A DNA stretch of 64,000 bases from Narcine bancroftii (lineage: Eukaryota): positions 16,430,001 through 16,494,000 of the forward strand of contig NC_091482.1 in NCBI RefSeq assembly GCF_036971445.1, in the 5' to 3' direction. The notes beneath the pieces were generated by a model. It had not been told where the DNA came from. It did no database searches and was given only the letters and a program-made list of their open reading frames with translations. The position numbers and the translations under genes were made by a program. Below are positions 26,455 to 39,286 of this stretch, piece after piece. Position 1 is the first letter of the stretch. Every line of letters starts with the position of its first letter.

Positions 26455-26909
26455 CTGCAACAAAAGAAAAAGACACGTCAATGTAAGGACATCAAGAATA
26501 TGTATTTTCACAAGAATGATATTATTCATCTTCAAAGGAACCAAATAACTTTATTCTGGTCCTGCATATTTAAGAAATAAACATAGGACAAGAAATAGTC
26601 AAGTCCTCCTGAGAAACATGCAAAACCAGTATACAAAAAGTGCAAAGTTATTTCAGAAATGATCCCACACTAAAAGATAATTCCATTTATTACATGCAGC
26701 CTTATATTTCTGATCCAGTTTCCACATGAGCCACTAATTCACTTGACAAACCCAAAAAAAGTTATTTCAGTATCAACCATCATTCATGTTGTCACGTTTT
26801 GCCAGATACAGGAAATAACTTTGGGAAGATTCCTCAGTTCCACCATGCCAGCACATAAAATTAACCAGAAAATAGAGTACAGGATTTAAAAATTCATAAT
26901 CTGTCCTCA

Positions 26910-27068
<159 letters not shown>

Positions 27069-27081
27069 CTACAACTTTCAA

Positions 27082-27154
27082 TGTGCATCAGCGGTTCCTT
27101 TGAATCAACCTCTTCATATTAATCAGGTGAAACAAGTTTCCATCATTTTGCACA
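27082..27154 (-). ncRNA. SNORD42: C/D box snoRNA SNORD42 (U42), RPL23A intron 3
   Basis: Terminal stem TGTGCA/TGCACA, C box ATGATGG, D' CTGA, guide TTCAAAGGAACC before D box CTGA, complementary to 18S GGUUCCUUUGA. Confidence 0.93.
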
Positions 27155-27817
27155 ATGACCAATATCCAAAGTTCACAAAACATTATCCAAACTTGGGTAT
27201 TCATACTACTCTTCTAGGACACCAAACCCCACCTTTATCATGCTTTGAAATGTCTACAGTTAATTGGGTCATAGTTGAAAGGGCCTGCTAACGTGCTGTA
27301 TGTTACATTTAAAGACCATCCACAACAATTTGTTTTACACTTCATTTGCAGACAAGTGAAATAAAGTCAAGTAGGCACTCTTGAAGAGCAATGTGCCAGT
27401 TTTGTTGCAGATAGAACAATTTTTGTTCCTCAAAAAAAATTAAAATCTCACTGTTGTCACAGGCTACTTTAAATTGCCACTCATTGAGCTCCAAGTTTAA
27501 TTCTGGTAACTGTTCAATTCTCTTCCGCAAATGTTTAACTGCATTTTTTCAAGAGATATCCAAATATAGGAACAAAATGCTGCACCAATGCAAAACCTGC
27601 AACAAGGCTGGGATAAGCAACTTGAAGCATTTCTAATTGAATAATTTTAATATTTAAATAGACAAAAATCCTTAAAATTTCACTGGCCCACTTTATTAGG
27701 AAACATCCCAATTAAACAATATACATGTGAAAATCTTTGGAATTAACAAGACAATCTAGTGTTTTTAAAAAAACTTTTATTTCAGTTTTTATACTTAATA
27801 CAGTATTTCACTACTCA

Positions 27818-28018
<201 letters not shown>

Positions 28019-28097
28019 TTAACAAGAAGTTCAAACATGCAGTTGGGAAAGATCATGGCACACACAACCAATTAAATTTTGTATTCTCATATTTTAA

Positions 28098-28169
28098 GGT
28101 GCATCAGTATAAAGTTAATAATAATCAAAAATTCTCATGCTTTAATCGCTAAATTACATCATTCGCACC
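28098..28169 (-). ncRNA. SNORD4: C/D box snoRNA SNORD4 copy, RPL23A intron 2
   Basis: Stem GGTGC/GCACC, C box ATGATGT, guide AGCGATTAAAG before D' ATGA, D box CTGA. Confidence 0.9.
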
Positions 28170-28885
28170 AGTTATGTTCTTGCAGAACCTCAACATGTGA
28201 AGAAAAACTAATAGAGCAGCATAACCTTTTTTCCATCTTCCCTCCTCCCTTCTCTTCTCCAATCTATATCATGGCATCTTATTGCAGACAGGCAAATTAG
28301 ATAATGATAAAGTCAAACACATAAAACTGAAAACCAGCAAACCAGCACCAAAGGCACACAGTATACCCAGATTCAATGAAGGTTCCATGCCAAATTAAAA
28401 ATCTTTGTCACCATTCTGTTTCTGAGGAACGGGAACACCCAGAAATATTTGCCCAGCAACCCAGATGTTCTATAAACCATCACTTTAACTATTTAATAAA
28501 TTCCATTTGATACAAGCCAAGAATGTGAAGCAAACCAGCCTCTCCTAGAACCTAATTCCAGACACTTCAATTTTATCCAGTTCTAGTGTAGTCAAATCAT
28601 TGATTCTCCCGCCACAGACACTACCCGACCTGCTGAAGTTTTCCAACATTTGTTTCGAGTTTATCAGCTCAAAACATTCATAATTTTGCATGCTGAGTGC
28701 ATTTGTTGCTTGACTTCTTGGTACAGCTCCAGGATTTTCTGCTCAATTTACATATCCGTCACTGAACATACTTTTTCCACTGTCATTAAATATGCCAAGT
28801 GTGGCTTTTGCTCTGACCTGGGGGGGGGGGTGGGGTGGGAAGAACTGACAAAGATTTTAAAACTAGAAACAATTCAAAGACATAC

Positions 28886-29066
28886 TTGTTCCTTCTGGGA
28901 GCACTCTTTCTGGGATACTTGGGCTGCCTCCTCAGCCTGAGTGTCTTCGGTCTCCTGAAGGTAGGCGATGTCCTAATTTTCTTCCGCCTGTGACTATGCA
29001 CGCCTTTCAAAACAGCCTTCTTCGCCTTCAAGGCTTTTGATTTAGCTTCAGTCTTGGCAGGGGCAA
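28886..29066 (-). CDS. RPL23A: RPL23A exon 2 ([22 protein letters not shown]...[10 protein letters not shown])
   Basis: uL23 N-terminal basic region; ttttag| and |gtatg; 181 nt. Confidence 0.98.
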
Positions 29067-29180
29067 CTAAAAGGAAAGGGAAGTTAATTACACTTGCACA
29101 TTCTTTGTATCCTGATTAAGTTAAAACAGCAACATTAGAGACAGGTCTGATCTGTAAACATTTCTACATGTTTAAGTTAA

Positions 29181-29251
29181 GGTGCATCAGTATAAAATTA
29201 TGATAATCACAAATTCTCATGCTTTGATCGCTGAACAACATCATTTGCACC
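29181..29251 (-). ncRNA. SNORD4: C/D box snoRNA SNORD4 copy, RPL23A intron 1
   Basis: Stem GGTGCA/TGCACC, C box ATGATGT, guide AGCGATCAAAG before D' ATGA, D box CTGA. Confidence 0.92.
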
Positions 29252-29669
29252 AGTCTCAAATTATTCTCAATTTGTGCATCGTCCACACCTTTTCTTCCAT
29301 CAATTTCCCTTTTCCTAGCCAAATGCATCTTACCATAAATACACCATAAAACTATCAACATTTCATGATTCAGTCTGAAAAGTCAAATTCAACCAAAGTA
29401 GAATTAAACATACATCAATTTGTAAGTTGCTGATTACAACAGCTATTCTGGGGTAATTCCACCTTTCGAGGAGGACAGTCACCACCTTGATCTAAACTTC
29501 AAATCCACAGCTTTCTAACTGTGGGCAAGCATGCTAACTGAAAACCCTCATGAACATTGCTCGAATGAAAAACTAACAACCCTCAGAAATTTCAGTATTA
29601 CAAATATGAAACCACATTTTTAAACCTAAAAAAATATATATTTTAGTTCATTTCAAAAAAAATGTGAGC

Positions 29670-30226
29670 ACGGGATGGGAGGAGGGAGGAGAAAATGGCA
29701 CTGTATATATTTGAAAAGGAAAAAGTATGTATCATGGTTAATGTGGTTTATGGTGTGAAAAATAAAAAAAAAACGTTAGACAGGTGGCAGGTAGAGATTC
29801 AAGGATGTATTCCTTTACAAAAAATATTACTTACTATTTAATATTCGGTATTTCGACAAATTTGGGGCCCAATCGCTAGAATAAGGAGATTAAAATTATA
29901 ATTCTTCTTTAATCCTCCCGACCAGTGAAGTTTTCCCTAAATGAATAATAATTTTTGGAACAATATTGTTGGGATCCTTGAGTGTCTTTCAAAGCATCCA
30001 AGTTATAAGTAGCAATGTTATTGTGTATTTTATAAAAGATTGAGACCAGTTATGGAATTAGATTAGGTTGGGGTGGGGGGTGTTTAGGGTTATTTTTCTA
30101 GTTTTTAATTTTTTCTTTTCTTCTCACATATTTTTGACATATATTTGTTAGCATTGTAATATTGTGATTCATTATTGTTTGTTATAATTATCATATATGT
30201 TGATTTAAATAAAATATTCCAAAAAT
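29670..30226 (+). mobile_element. Compound L1-type 3' insertion in RPL23A intron 1
   Basis: TSD aaatgtgagc (29660-29669, 30227-30236); first L1 tail with poly(A) to ~29773, then ORF2-end-like LDRWQVEIQGCIPLQK and a second tail with AATAAA. Confidence 0.7.
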
Positions 30227-30864
30227 AAATGTGAGCGATGCCACGTTTGAGAAAGTCAAGTCCATGCCTTTCCAGTTCACCTGCTAATTTCAATGAAATC
30301 TCTGGATGAGGCACTCCCCAAAAGTCCAAAATTGCACATCTCCGAAGAAACTCACCTGATGCTGCGGGACACCCATAATGTAACATCTAAATAAAGTGGA
30401 GGACCTGAGGTTGTTTCTCTGCAGACAAAACCAGTACTGAGTGACCTGCCGAGAGTTGTGCGTTGTACAATGACAGGGTTTGCAGACTTTCCTGCTTAAA
30501 TCACCCCAAGCCCTTTCCAAAGGCTCCTGCCATTGTCGTTACTCCGAATTTTTAATTGCAGTTGCATTGGGACCGTCCAGGAAACACTGCTCACGTACGG
30601 GGCCGGGGACTGGGAGAGGCTGGAGCACATGCCAGTCCGAAGGTGAGGGGCCTGAGCCCTCGCTCAGGCCGAATGAGCAGAGCTGCCGTGGGAGGCCTCA
30701 GGACCCCCTGCCTCCCAGCACCGACCTGGATGCGGCCTAGGCCGCTCAAGCGTTGGGAGAAGGCAGCGGACCGCCAGCCACACGCCGGCGGGCCCAGGGT
30801 CTTTCTTTCCCCACCCCACCCCACCAATCCAAGCCCCGACATCACCACGTTGCCGGCCGCTCAC

Positions 30865-30889
30865 CTTCCTTCTTCGCCTTCGGAGCCAT
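30865..30889 (-). CDS. RPL23A: RPL23A exon 1 (MAPKAKKE), 60S ribosomal protein L23a/uL23
   Basis: ATG GCT CCG AAG GCG AAG AAG GAA G|gtgag; five exons total 468 nt = 155 aa + stop. Confidence 0.97.
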
Positions 30890-30890
30890 C

Positions 30891-30962
30891 GGAGGGAAAG
30901 AGAGCGAGCACGGGGTTGCACGGGCTGATATCCAGGGCTTCGCGAAGTCTCGCGCGATTTCC
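30891..30962 (-). promoter_or_regulatory. RPL23A: RPL23A 5'TOP initiator and core promoter in a CpG island
   Basis: CTCTCTTTCCCTCC directly before the ATG; TTCGCGAA and TCTCGCGCGA palindromic motifs ~40-55 nt upstream, typical of ribosomal protein promoters. Confidence 0.8.
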
Positions 30963-31194
30963 TTTCCCTTCACGCCGACGTCATCCACATGCAACTCGCG
31001 GCAGAGGACCTTCGGCCCGGTCTGCTGAGCCTCCCCATGACCTGGATCTGGATCACGTGCTCCCTGTCTAAAAGCCTTACAATTGCCACTTCCTCTGACA
31101 ATTGGTTCAGTAATTTAAATTCTCCGGCGATACCACGGCAGTGGGTTGTGTAAAAGGGGGCGATGAGTCTGCGTGCAGGAGGGAGATTGAAAAC

Positions 31195-32775
31195 TTGGCC
31201 AAATGGCGCACCAATAATTACCTCAATGGCACCAAAGCCAAGGAGCTGATGGTTGACTTCAGGAAAGGAAACTGATCCAGTGATCATTTGGGGGATCAGA
31301 GGTGGCGAGGTTGAGCATCTTGAAGTTCTTTGGGAGTCACTATCTCGGAGGATCCTTTCTGGACCCGACACATCGAGGAGAAAGCACCTCTACTTCCTCA
31401 GGAGTTTGGTATGGCATCGAAAACTCTGGCAAACGTCTACCTACCAGCTCCGTAGCGATCTGGTATGGGGACACCCACACCCCTCCGGCGGAAAGCCCCG
31501 CCAAAGGTAGTGGATGCAGCCCAGGGCATCACCCTCCCCGCTCTCAAGAACATCTGCAGGGAACGCTGCCGAGGGAGAGCAGCAGCGGTCATTACCCAGC
31601 GCACGGTCAGTCCTCGCTGCTACCGTCAGGAAAGAGGTACGGATGCCACAGCACCAGGTCCAGGAACAGCTGTCACCCCTGGTCTTTCAAACCCCTCGAC
31701 TGAGAATCAGAATTTATTGTCATGAACATGTCATGAAATTTGTTATTTTGCTGCCGCATCACAGTGCAAACATTGCTATAAATTACATTTCAAAAATAAA
31801 GAATTTGTGCAGGAGAAAGTGATGCATTGTCCATTCAGAAATCTGATGGCAGAGGGGAAGAAGCTGTCCTTGTGCCGCTGGGTGCAAGTTTATTGTCCTC
31901 TGATTGCACAAGTATAACCCGATGATGCAGTATTCAGTTCTCGGTGCAAAACACGCAGACACACAACCAGACATAACACGCACGCAGGGCAAGTATTCAC
32001 ATGTACAAATAAATAATAAATAATTTTTATTTTGTGAATGCGAGTCTCGGATGGTTAGTGTGAGGAGTTCCTTTATCATTCAGAATTCTCACTGCCCACG
32101 GGAAGAAACTGTTTTCTCGTCCTGGTGGTGCTGGCTCTGATTCTCCTGTATCTCTTTTCTGATGGGAGCAGCCGATCGATGCTGCGGCCTCATTGATTTT
32201 GCTCACCCTCTTCAGACAGTGATCTCAGTAGATCACATCAATGGTGGGGGGGGGTGGGGAGGAGGCGGAGGTTAGAGACTTCAGTGATCCTCTCTGCCAC
32301 TCTTGTGGAATGGCCTCCAATCCACTTCCTGGACATTTCATACCACTCTACTCAATAACACAATTTATTGTCATGAACATGCCACAAAATTTGCTGTTTT
32401 GTGGCAGCATTACAGTGCAAATATTGCTATATATAAGATTTCAAAAATAAATAAATAGTGCAAGAAAATAGGATAAAATGAGGTAGTGTCTGTGGTTCGT
32501 TGTCCATTCAGAAATCTGGTGGCAGAGGGAGAAAAGCTGTACTTATGCCGCGGGGGACTCATCTTCAGGCACCTGTACCTTTTTTCCTGATGTTAGCAGT
32601 GTGAAGAGGGAATGACCTGAGTGATTGGGGTCCTTGAGGATAGAGGCTGCCTTCTTAAGACACTACCCCTTGTAAACGTCCTCGAGGAACTGCAGACCAG
32701 TGCCCATGATGAACTCTCTGGTGTTTTCTCCTGTCCTGGGCATTGGCACCTCATACTAGACAGTGATGCTCCAGG
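31195..32775. mobile_element. Cluster of Rex1/Babar LINE 3' fragments in both orientations
   Basis: Decayed KELMVDFRK, HLYFLRSL, LLPSGKRY peptides; repeated gaatcagaatttattg tails. Confidence 0.75.
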
Positions 32776-33507
32776 AATGTTAAATATTATATCCAAAATT
32801 AAAGCAAACACTCACAAGTTTTAACATTCATAAAATGGGTGTCTGCCTTCCTTTATTCCTCTCTCCAACAGCTCTCAATGGTCTCCTTTTTCCCAGCATG
32901 CCCCTCGTGCTACCCTCTTTTCATCCTTATTGGTTCATCCACACGCGCATCATCACAAAATTCTCGCTCTGACTGTGCGTGTGTGATACCAACAGTGGGT
33001 GGCTGTGCATGGTCAGTGGCAGCTAGTTTGTGCATTCGCGCCACCTCCCGCGCACGTCACTCCAAGCCAGCAACAGTGACTAGCCGCTTTCAGGTGTATT
33101 CGCTGCCAAGAATGCATCCGCAGAGGCGGATTCAGACCTGTGGAATGGTCGTTCAGGTGGCAGCGCTGAAACCGCAGCGCCGGCCACCTGAAAGGGACAG
33201 CTGCACGGGAGGCACCTCGGAGCGCTCTCCAGCTCCTGTCCCTTCGGGCTGCCAGGATTGGGGCGGCCGGCGCGGGCTGCCAACACTGGGGTGGCCGGCG
33301 TGGACTATAGGGGTTGGGGCAACCAGTGCGGGCTGTCAGCACTGGGGCCGGTGCAAGCTGTCAGGGTTGGGGTGCCGGGTGACACTAATGGCGACTCTTT
33401 GCCTTATGGCAGGTAGAAGGCAATCTTGTAATATTACATGTTCTGTACTACATTACATGACAAGAAAGGAATCTTGAATTATAAAATTCGTACCAGATTA
33501 TGAATAT

Positions 33508-33521
33508 CCAGCAGATGGCAG
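33508..33521 (+). promoter_or_regulatory. CTCF consensus motif
   Basis: CCAGCAGATGGCAG; motif match only. Confidence 0.45.
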
Positions 33522-34299
33522 TCATGCCATAAAATTTAATTGTAATTTTGACAATAAGCAATTGAATGTAAAGCTTGGGAATAAGGCTCGGGTTATGTGT
33601 GAATAATAATATAATGCACCAGCATAGTTTATGCACATTGTTGTCATTACATTACATTATTTGCTAATCAAATTGAAAAAGATTTTTTTTAATTGCATGA
33701 TTAATTAATGATATCATTATATAATTATTTAACATCAACAATCAAGCATCCACATACTTCACATATAAATTAAAATGTTTATATTTAAATTTAAACATAC
33801 ATCACAGTAACCGGCCCTTCCGGCTCACGACCCCGTGCAACCAAAATACCCCTTATGTTTTGAAAGGAAGCAGAAGCATCCAGAGGAAACACACACTGAC
33901 ATGGGAGAATGTACAAACTCCTTAAAGATTGCACTGGATTTGACCGGGGTCGCTGGCATCAAAGTAGTGTTGCGCTAAGCACCACACTTCACATCTGTGT
34001 TCCATATTTTGAAGACACATCTGTGTCAGTAAACCAATGGGAAAGTAAAAATATGGCTTGTCAAAGTTTACAATGCAAAAATGTGAACTTTAACCCCTTC
34101 TGCCCAGTGGTCAAACTACAGCCAAAATCTGGATAAATGGACTAGAATGGATGACCTACACTGCAGTAAAAGCACAAAATGCTGGAGAAACTCAGCAGGT
34201 CAAACAGTGTCCTTTATGATACAAAAGTAAAAGTACATAACTGACTTTTCAGGCTTGAGCCCTTCAAGGTATGGGGAAAATGTCGGCTTCCAGTGGGTG

Positions 34300-36750
34300 A
34301 ACCCACGGATAGCAAATGACCCAGATAGAATCCTGAGATGTGGCCTGAGTGCCTGAGCAGATCAACTGGGCTGGTGTGTTTACAGATATCTTTAATCTTT
34401 CCTGACAACAGGCTAAAGTCCCTACTTGTTTCAAGAAGGCCACCAACGTCTCCGAATCAACCAAAGGGCTCTTTCCAAATATACTCATTCCAATGTTAAA
34501 AATGGGCAAGGAAAAGATTCACATCAACATTGTTGTCATTGGACATGTCGATTTTTGCAAATCAACTACCACTGGTCATCTCATCTACCAATGTGGTGCA
34601 ATTGAGAGGAGAATTATCGATAAATTTGAGAAGGAAGCCAGTGAGATGGGCAAAGGATCCTTCAAATATGCCAGGGTTTTGGATAAACTAAAGGCTGAAT
34701 GTGAGCGTGGAATAACCATTGACATCTCTCTTTGGAAGTTTGAAACTTCAAAGTACTACATCACTATCATTGATGCTCCAGGACATAGGGATTTTATCAA
34801 GAACATGATTACTGGAACTTCACAGGCTGACTGTGCTGTGCTCATAGTTGCAGCTGGTGTGGGCGAGTTTGAAGCAGATCTCAAAGAATGGACAGACAAG
34901 GGAGCATGCTGTGCTTGCTTACACTTTGGGTGCCAAACACCTCATTATTGGTATCAAAAAGATTGACTCCACTGAACCTCCATACAGCGAGGCACGGTAC
35001 AATGAAATCACGAAGGAAGTCAGTACATACATCAAGAAGACTGGCTATAACCCAATGACTGTGCCATTTGTTCCCATCTCTGGTTGGAGTGGTGACAATA
35101 TGCTGGACTGGAGTTTGAAAATGGCCTGGTTCAAAGGTTGGTCAATTAGCAGGAAAAATGACACTCTGTTTCACTCTGTTGGAAGCCCTGGACAACATTC
35201 TGCCTCCAGAAGGCCCAATTAAGAAACCTCTTCACCTTCCTCTCCAGGATATCTACGAGATTGGTGGTATTGGCACCTGTAGGACATGTTGAGACTGGTA
35301 TTCTGATACTAGCTATGTTGGTTAACTTTGCTCCCAATTCAATTGTGACTGAAGTGAAATCTGTAGAAATGCATCATGAATCCCTGGAAGAAGCTCTTCC
35401 TGGTGACAATGTTGGTTTCAACATCAAGAATGTTTCTGTTAAGGATATCCACCGGGGCAATGTTGCTGGCAACAACAAAAATGAACCTCCATTGGAATCT
35501 GCTGATTTTTCTGCACAGGTTATTATCCTGAACCATCCCGGTCAGATAGCTCCTGGCTATTCCCCAGTACTTGATTGTCATACTGCCCACATTGCCTGCA
35601 AGTTCAATGAGCTGAGGGAGAAGATTGATCGTCGATCTGGCAAGAAATTGGAAGATTTCCCCAAATTTGTAAAGTCACGCTGCCATTGTTGACATGATTC
35701 CAAATAAGCCCACGTGTGTGGAGAGCGTTTCTGAATATCCACCTCTAGGTCGCTTTGCTGTCCGTGACATGAGGCAGACTGTGGCCGTGGGTGTGATTAA
35801 GTCAGTTAATAAGAAATAAACTACTGTTAAAAGCACCAGATCTGCCATCAAACTATTAAAGAAGTGAATAGCACCACTGACCAAGATTTGGCAAAAGCCC
35901 GACCCGAGACTGACGTCAGGAAAATGTTTGTTCATTACCAGCCAAACATGTGTTTTAACGAGGGATATTGATCAAGATGCATTGAAAGAAATTCAGAAGG
36001 AAAAGATAAGGATGGATTCTGTTTATTCCATAAATATCTAATTTTGAATGTGCTTTCACTAATTAGCTGTTTTGGTTGAGTGATTATTTAAAACTAATAA
36101 ATATCAACAAAAAAAAAGGCCACCAACTTACCAGTACTGGGAAAAAAAGCAAAATAACAGAGGCAAAGATACCTTAATAGACAGGATCTGTATGGACAAA
36201 TACATGGCAAAGGGGGTTTGAGGTAGAAATGACTACGAATGTCTTGGACATTCACCATCGTGAGAGGCTGGTGATGGCTCAACTCTTGCCTCCCAGCCAG
36301 CCTTGACCTGCAGTCAAATTCTTTTCCGATAAAGAGAAAACCAAAGGTGTACGATCAGTGATCATTTGGGGGGAATCAGAGGTGGAGAGAATGAACGAAT
36401 CAAGTTCTTGGGAGTCACTATCTCAGAGGAAAGGACTCAGCACCTCTGCTTCCTCAGGAGTTTGCGAAGGTTTGGCATGGCATCGGAAACCCTAGCAAAT
36501 TTCTGCAGATGTGCGGTGGAAAGTGTGCAGACTGGCTGCATCATGGTCTAGTATGGGGACACCAATACCCCTGAACAATGTAGAGGGAACAGCCCAGAAT
36601 ATCATGGGTAAAACCCTTCCCACCATTGAAAACATCAACCGGGAACGCTGGCATTGGAAAGCAGCAGCAATCATCAAGGATCCACTCTCCCAACACATGC
36701 TCTGTTCTCTCTTCTTTCAGGAAAGAGGTATACGTCCCACAAGACTGTTT
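34300..36750 (+). mobile_element. Decayed Rex1/Babar LINE interrupted by the EEF1A retrocopy
   Basis: [24 protein letters not shown] before the insertion; resumes after it with PV..K and later HLCFLRSLRRFGM. Confidence 0.75.
34448..36115 (+). pseudogene. EEF1A: Processed EEF1A (elongation factor 1-alpha) pseudogene; decayed CDS 34502-35867
   Basis: Intronless [17 protein letters not shown]...; P-loop mutated (GHVDFCKS), several frameshifts, in-frame stops; AATAAA 36096-36101, A9 tail, 12-bp TSD aaggccaccaac (34436-34447, 36116-36127). Confidence 0.95.
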
Positions 36751-36909
36751 TTAATTTCAGAATAAGAATTTATCGTCATAAAAAAGTCATGAAATTCTGT
36801 GTTTTATGGCACATCACAAAAATTAATATTATAACCATGTAACAACATTACAATATATTTTTTTAAAAGTGCATGAAAAGTAAGGCAGTGTCTTTGGTTC
36901 ATTGATTAT

Positions 36910-37740
36910 TCAAGAATCAGATGGCAGCAGGGAAGAAGCTGTCCTTGTGCCAATGAATGTTCCTCTTTGGCTCCTGTACCTTTTTCCCGATGGTAACAGA
37001 GTGAAGAGGGCATGGCCTGGGAGGTAGGAGTTTTTGAGGATAGAGGCTGCTTTTTTAAGACACCGCCTCGTAGATGTTCTCGATGGAGTGAAGTCTGGTG
37101 CTTGTGCTGTTGCAGGCCGAGTTAATAACCCTCTGGAATTTTTTCTTGTCCTGAGAATTGGCACCTCCATACCAGGCAGTGACGCCACGAGCCAGAATGC
37201 TCTCCACGGTACACCTGTAGAAGTTTACAAGAGTCTTTAGTGACATACCAAATCTCCTCAGACACCTCACAAAGTATAGCCGCTGGTGAGCCTTCTTTGT
37301 GATTGCATCAACATGGAGGCTCCAGGACAGATCCTCGGAATATGAAGTTCTCGACCCTCTCCACTACTGAGCCCTGGATGAGGACTGGGTTCGTGTTCGC
37401 CTGACTCCCTCCTGAAATCCCCAATCATCTCCTTGGTTTTGCTGACGTTGAGTGCAAGGTTATTGCACTCAATGAGCTGATCTCCCTCCCTCCTGTATGC
37501 TCCCTCATTGCCACCCAGGTTCAGGAACAGCTGCTACCCTTCCACCATCAGACTCCTCAACTACAAACTCAATCAGGGACTCGTTTAAGGACTCTTACTG
37601 ATTTATTTTCTCTGTATTGCAGTCAGCTTGTTTACATTTCTTGTATAGGTTGAGTCCGTTTTATTTTTGCACAGCCAATAAGTGGTCATTCTGCCTTGTC
37701 CCCAGGAAAAAAAAGAATCTCAGGGTGCTGACAACAAATC
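36910..37740 (-). mobile_element. Rex1/Babar LINE fragment (-) joined to a + strand 3' end from ~37510
   Basis: ORFs RCLRRFGMSLKTLVNFYRCTVESIL and HPGHALFTLLPSGKRYRS-like. Confidence 0.75.
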
Positions 37741-37829
37741 TGAATCGAAACTTTTGGCCAATTTGCTAGGTTAAAAGCGCAGTAAAAAGACAAGTCAATG
37801 CTGAATACTGGGGAAATCGTACTCACGTC

Positions 37830-38353
37830 CTTAAAAGAGCTTTATACCTGTGGATAAAACAGTGATCTCTCTTTTCCCTGAACTGTAACGTTGAAGAGTT
37901 GCTGAGATTCCTGAGACAAATCAGCAGGGAGTCCTGGAACAGGGAATGGAAAACAGCTGCCGGCTCCAGCCTTGCGGGGATTGGGGAATTTTTTGTTAAA
38001 CCCAGCCACGTTGGGATCATCCCCGGCGCCGTGGAAGTTCAGGGCGGAGCAATCACATCTCGCCCCAACTCGGAAACTTTCAACCAAAGCGCATTGTGCA
38101 CTGAAATTCCACAAGATGGACAGAAACTTTGATCGAGACTCTCCGACAGCCCTGTGAACAAGGAATGCGAGTCCTCCCACTGCTGCGGGAACTAATCCGA
38201 GCTACTTGACAAGGACTTTAACTGTGATTTTCTTTTTTTTATATCGTTCGAAACCAACCTTGAAGGTAGAGAGGTTTTCTTTTTGGTTTCGCGATTTAGT
38301 GGCGATTCCACCCTGATCATTGCATCGAGGCTGACGGACACAAAGTTGGGGAA
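37830..38353 (+). promoter_or_regulatory. RAB34: Candidate RAB34 promoter / non-coding first exon
   Basis: CpG-enriched unique sequence, GGGCGG box ~38042, donor AA|GTAAGT at 38354; the ATG exon begins with a splice acceptor so an upstream exon is required. Confidence 0.45.
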
Positions 38354-39286
38354 GTAAGTTTTGGGTCCAGATGCATGACTGGCCTCAAAGTTTGATACAT
38401 TGTGCCAAGATGATGTAATTGGGAAGTGTGTACCCCTGATTGTACCTGTTGAATTTCGATCTATAATCTACAATACAAACTTTGCAATAATGCCTCAGTG
38501 TAACATTTGCCTTGGCTCGCTTCCAATGGTAAGGAAGTCATGTTTTCTAGTTTCCGGAGAGAGGAGAGGGGGATGGTTTCAGATCGAGAAGCTTTCAGGC
38601 TGGGAATGGTTCCCATCGTGGATGGGAAAAGACCCTCTTGATTTGAAGGAGGGGGGGAGGCGGAAAAGAGAAGTTAAGGGGGGTGGGTGGGGAGAGCCAG
38701 AATCCCACCCATTGACCCCGCAGTCATCTTTCAAGCAACAGATTTTGTGCCTGGTTGCGTGGGAGGGAAATGTTTGCCAAGATTGATTTGAGCCCTCGCG
38801 GAGTTTCGAGGCACCAGATCCCAAGCTGAAGACGTGTTTCTTGCAACACTGACGGGGATGCAGGCGCACACCGGGGTGGGGGTTGGAGGAATGCTGATGT
38901 GCCCCTGGCCTGACTCAGACCCATTCGTCTTCATTTTCATGGCTGTTTTGACCGTGTGGAATTTTCCTACCCTGAAGGGTTGTAGAGAGAGAAAGCATGC
39001 CTAGTCCATTCTTCAACAGGATCATGGCTGAGATTTCTCCCTGAGCCATTTTCTTCCACTAATTCCCATAATATCCAAAAGTCCATCAACTCTGAATCTC
39101 CTCAGAGACTCAACGGTCGTCTTGGCTGCAAAATTTTAATAGATTCACCACACTCCGAAGAATTTTGAAGACAGTATAGAATAGCACGCGTTGTATTATT
39201 TAAAAAAAACCCGTGATTACTGATTCTGGGTTCCTGCATCCCATCAAGCCCTCAAAGAAATGTAAAAACACAATGTTGGAGAAACC

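Noticed and set aside
30480-31071. Overlapping ORFs at the RPL23A CpG island
   Set aside because: GC-rich promoter and intron sequence; only the 25-nt exon 1 CDS is supported
32839-33477. 212-aa ORF
   Set aside because: Spans a Harbinger MITE fragment and a Rex-type non-autonomous repeat; no protein homology recognised
34493-35867. Functional EEF1A gene
   Set aside because: Frameshifts, in-frame stops, mutated P-loop, poly(A) and TSD show a processed pseudogene
37899-38180. NARR-like overlapping ORF in the RAB34 5' region
   Set aside because: No nine-residue repeats and only short ORFs
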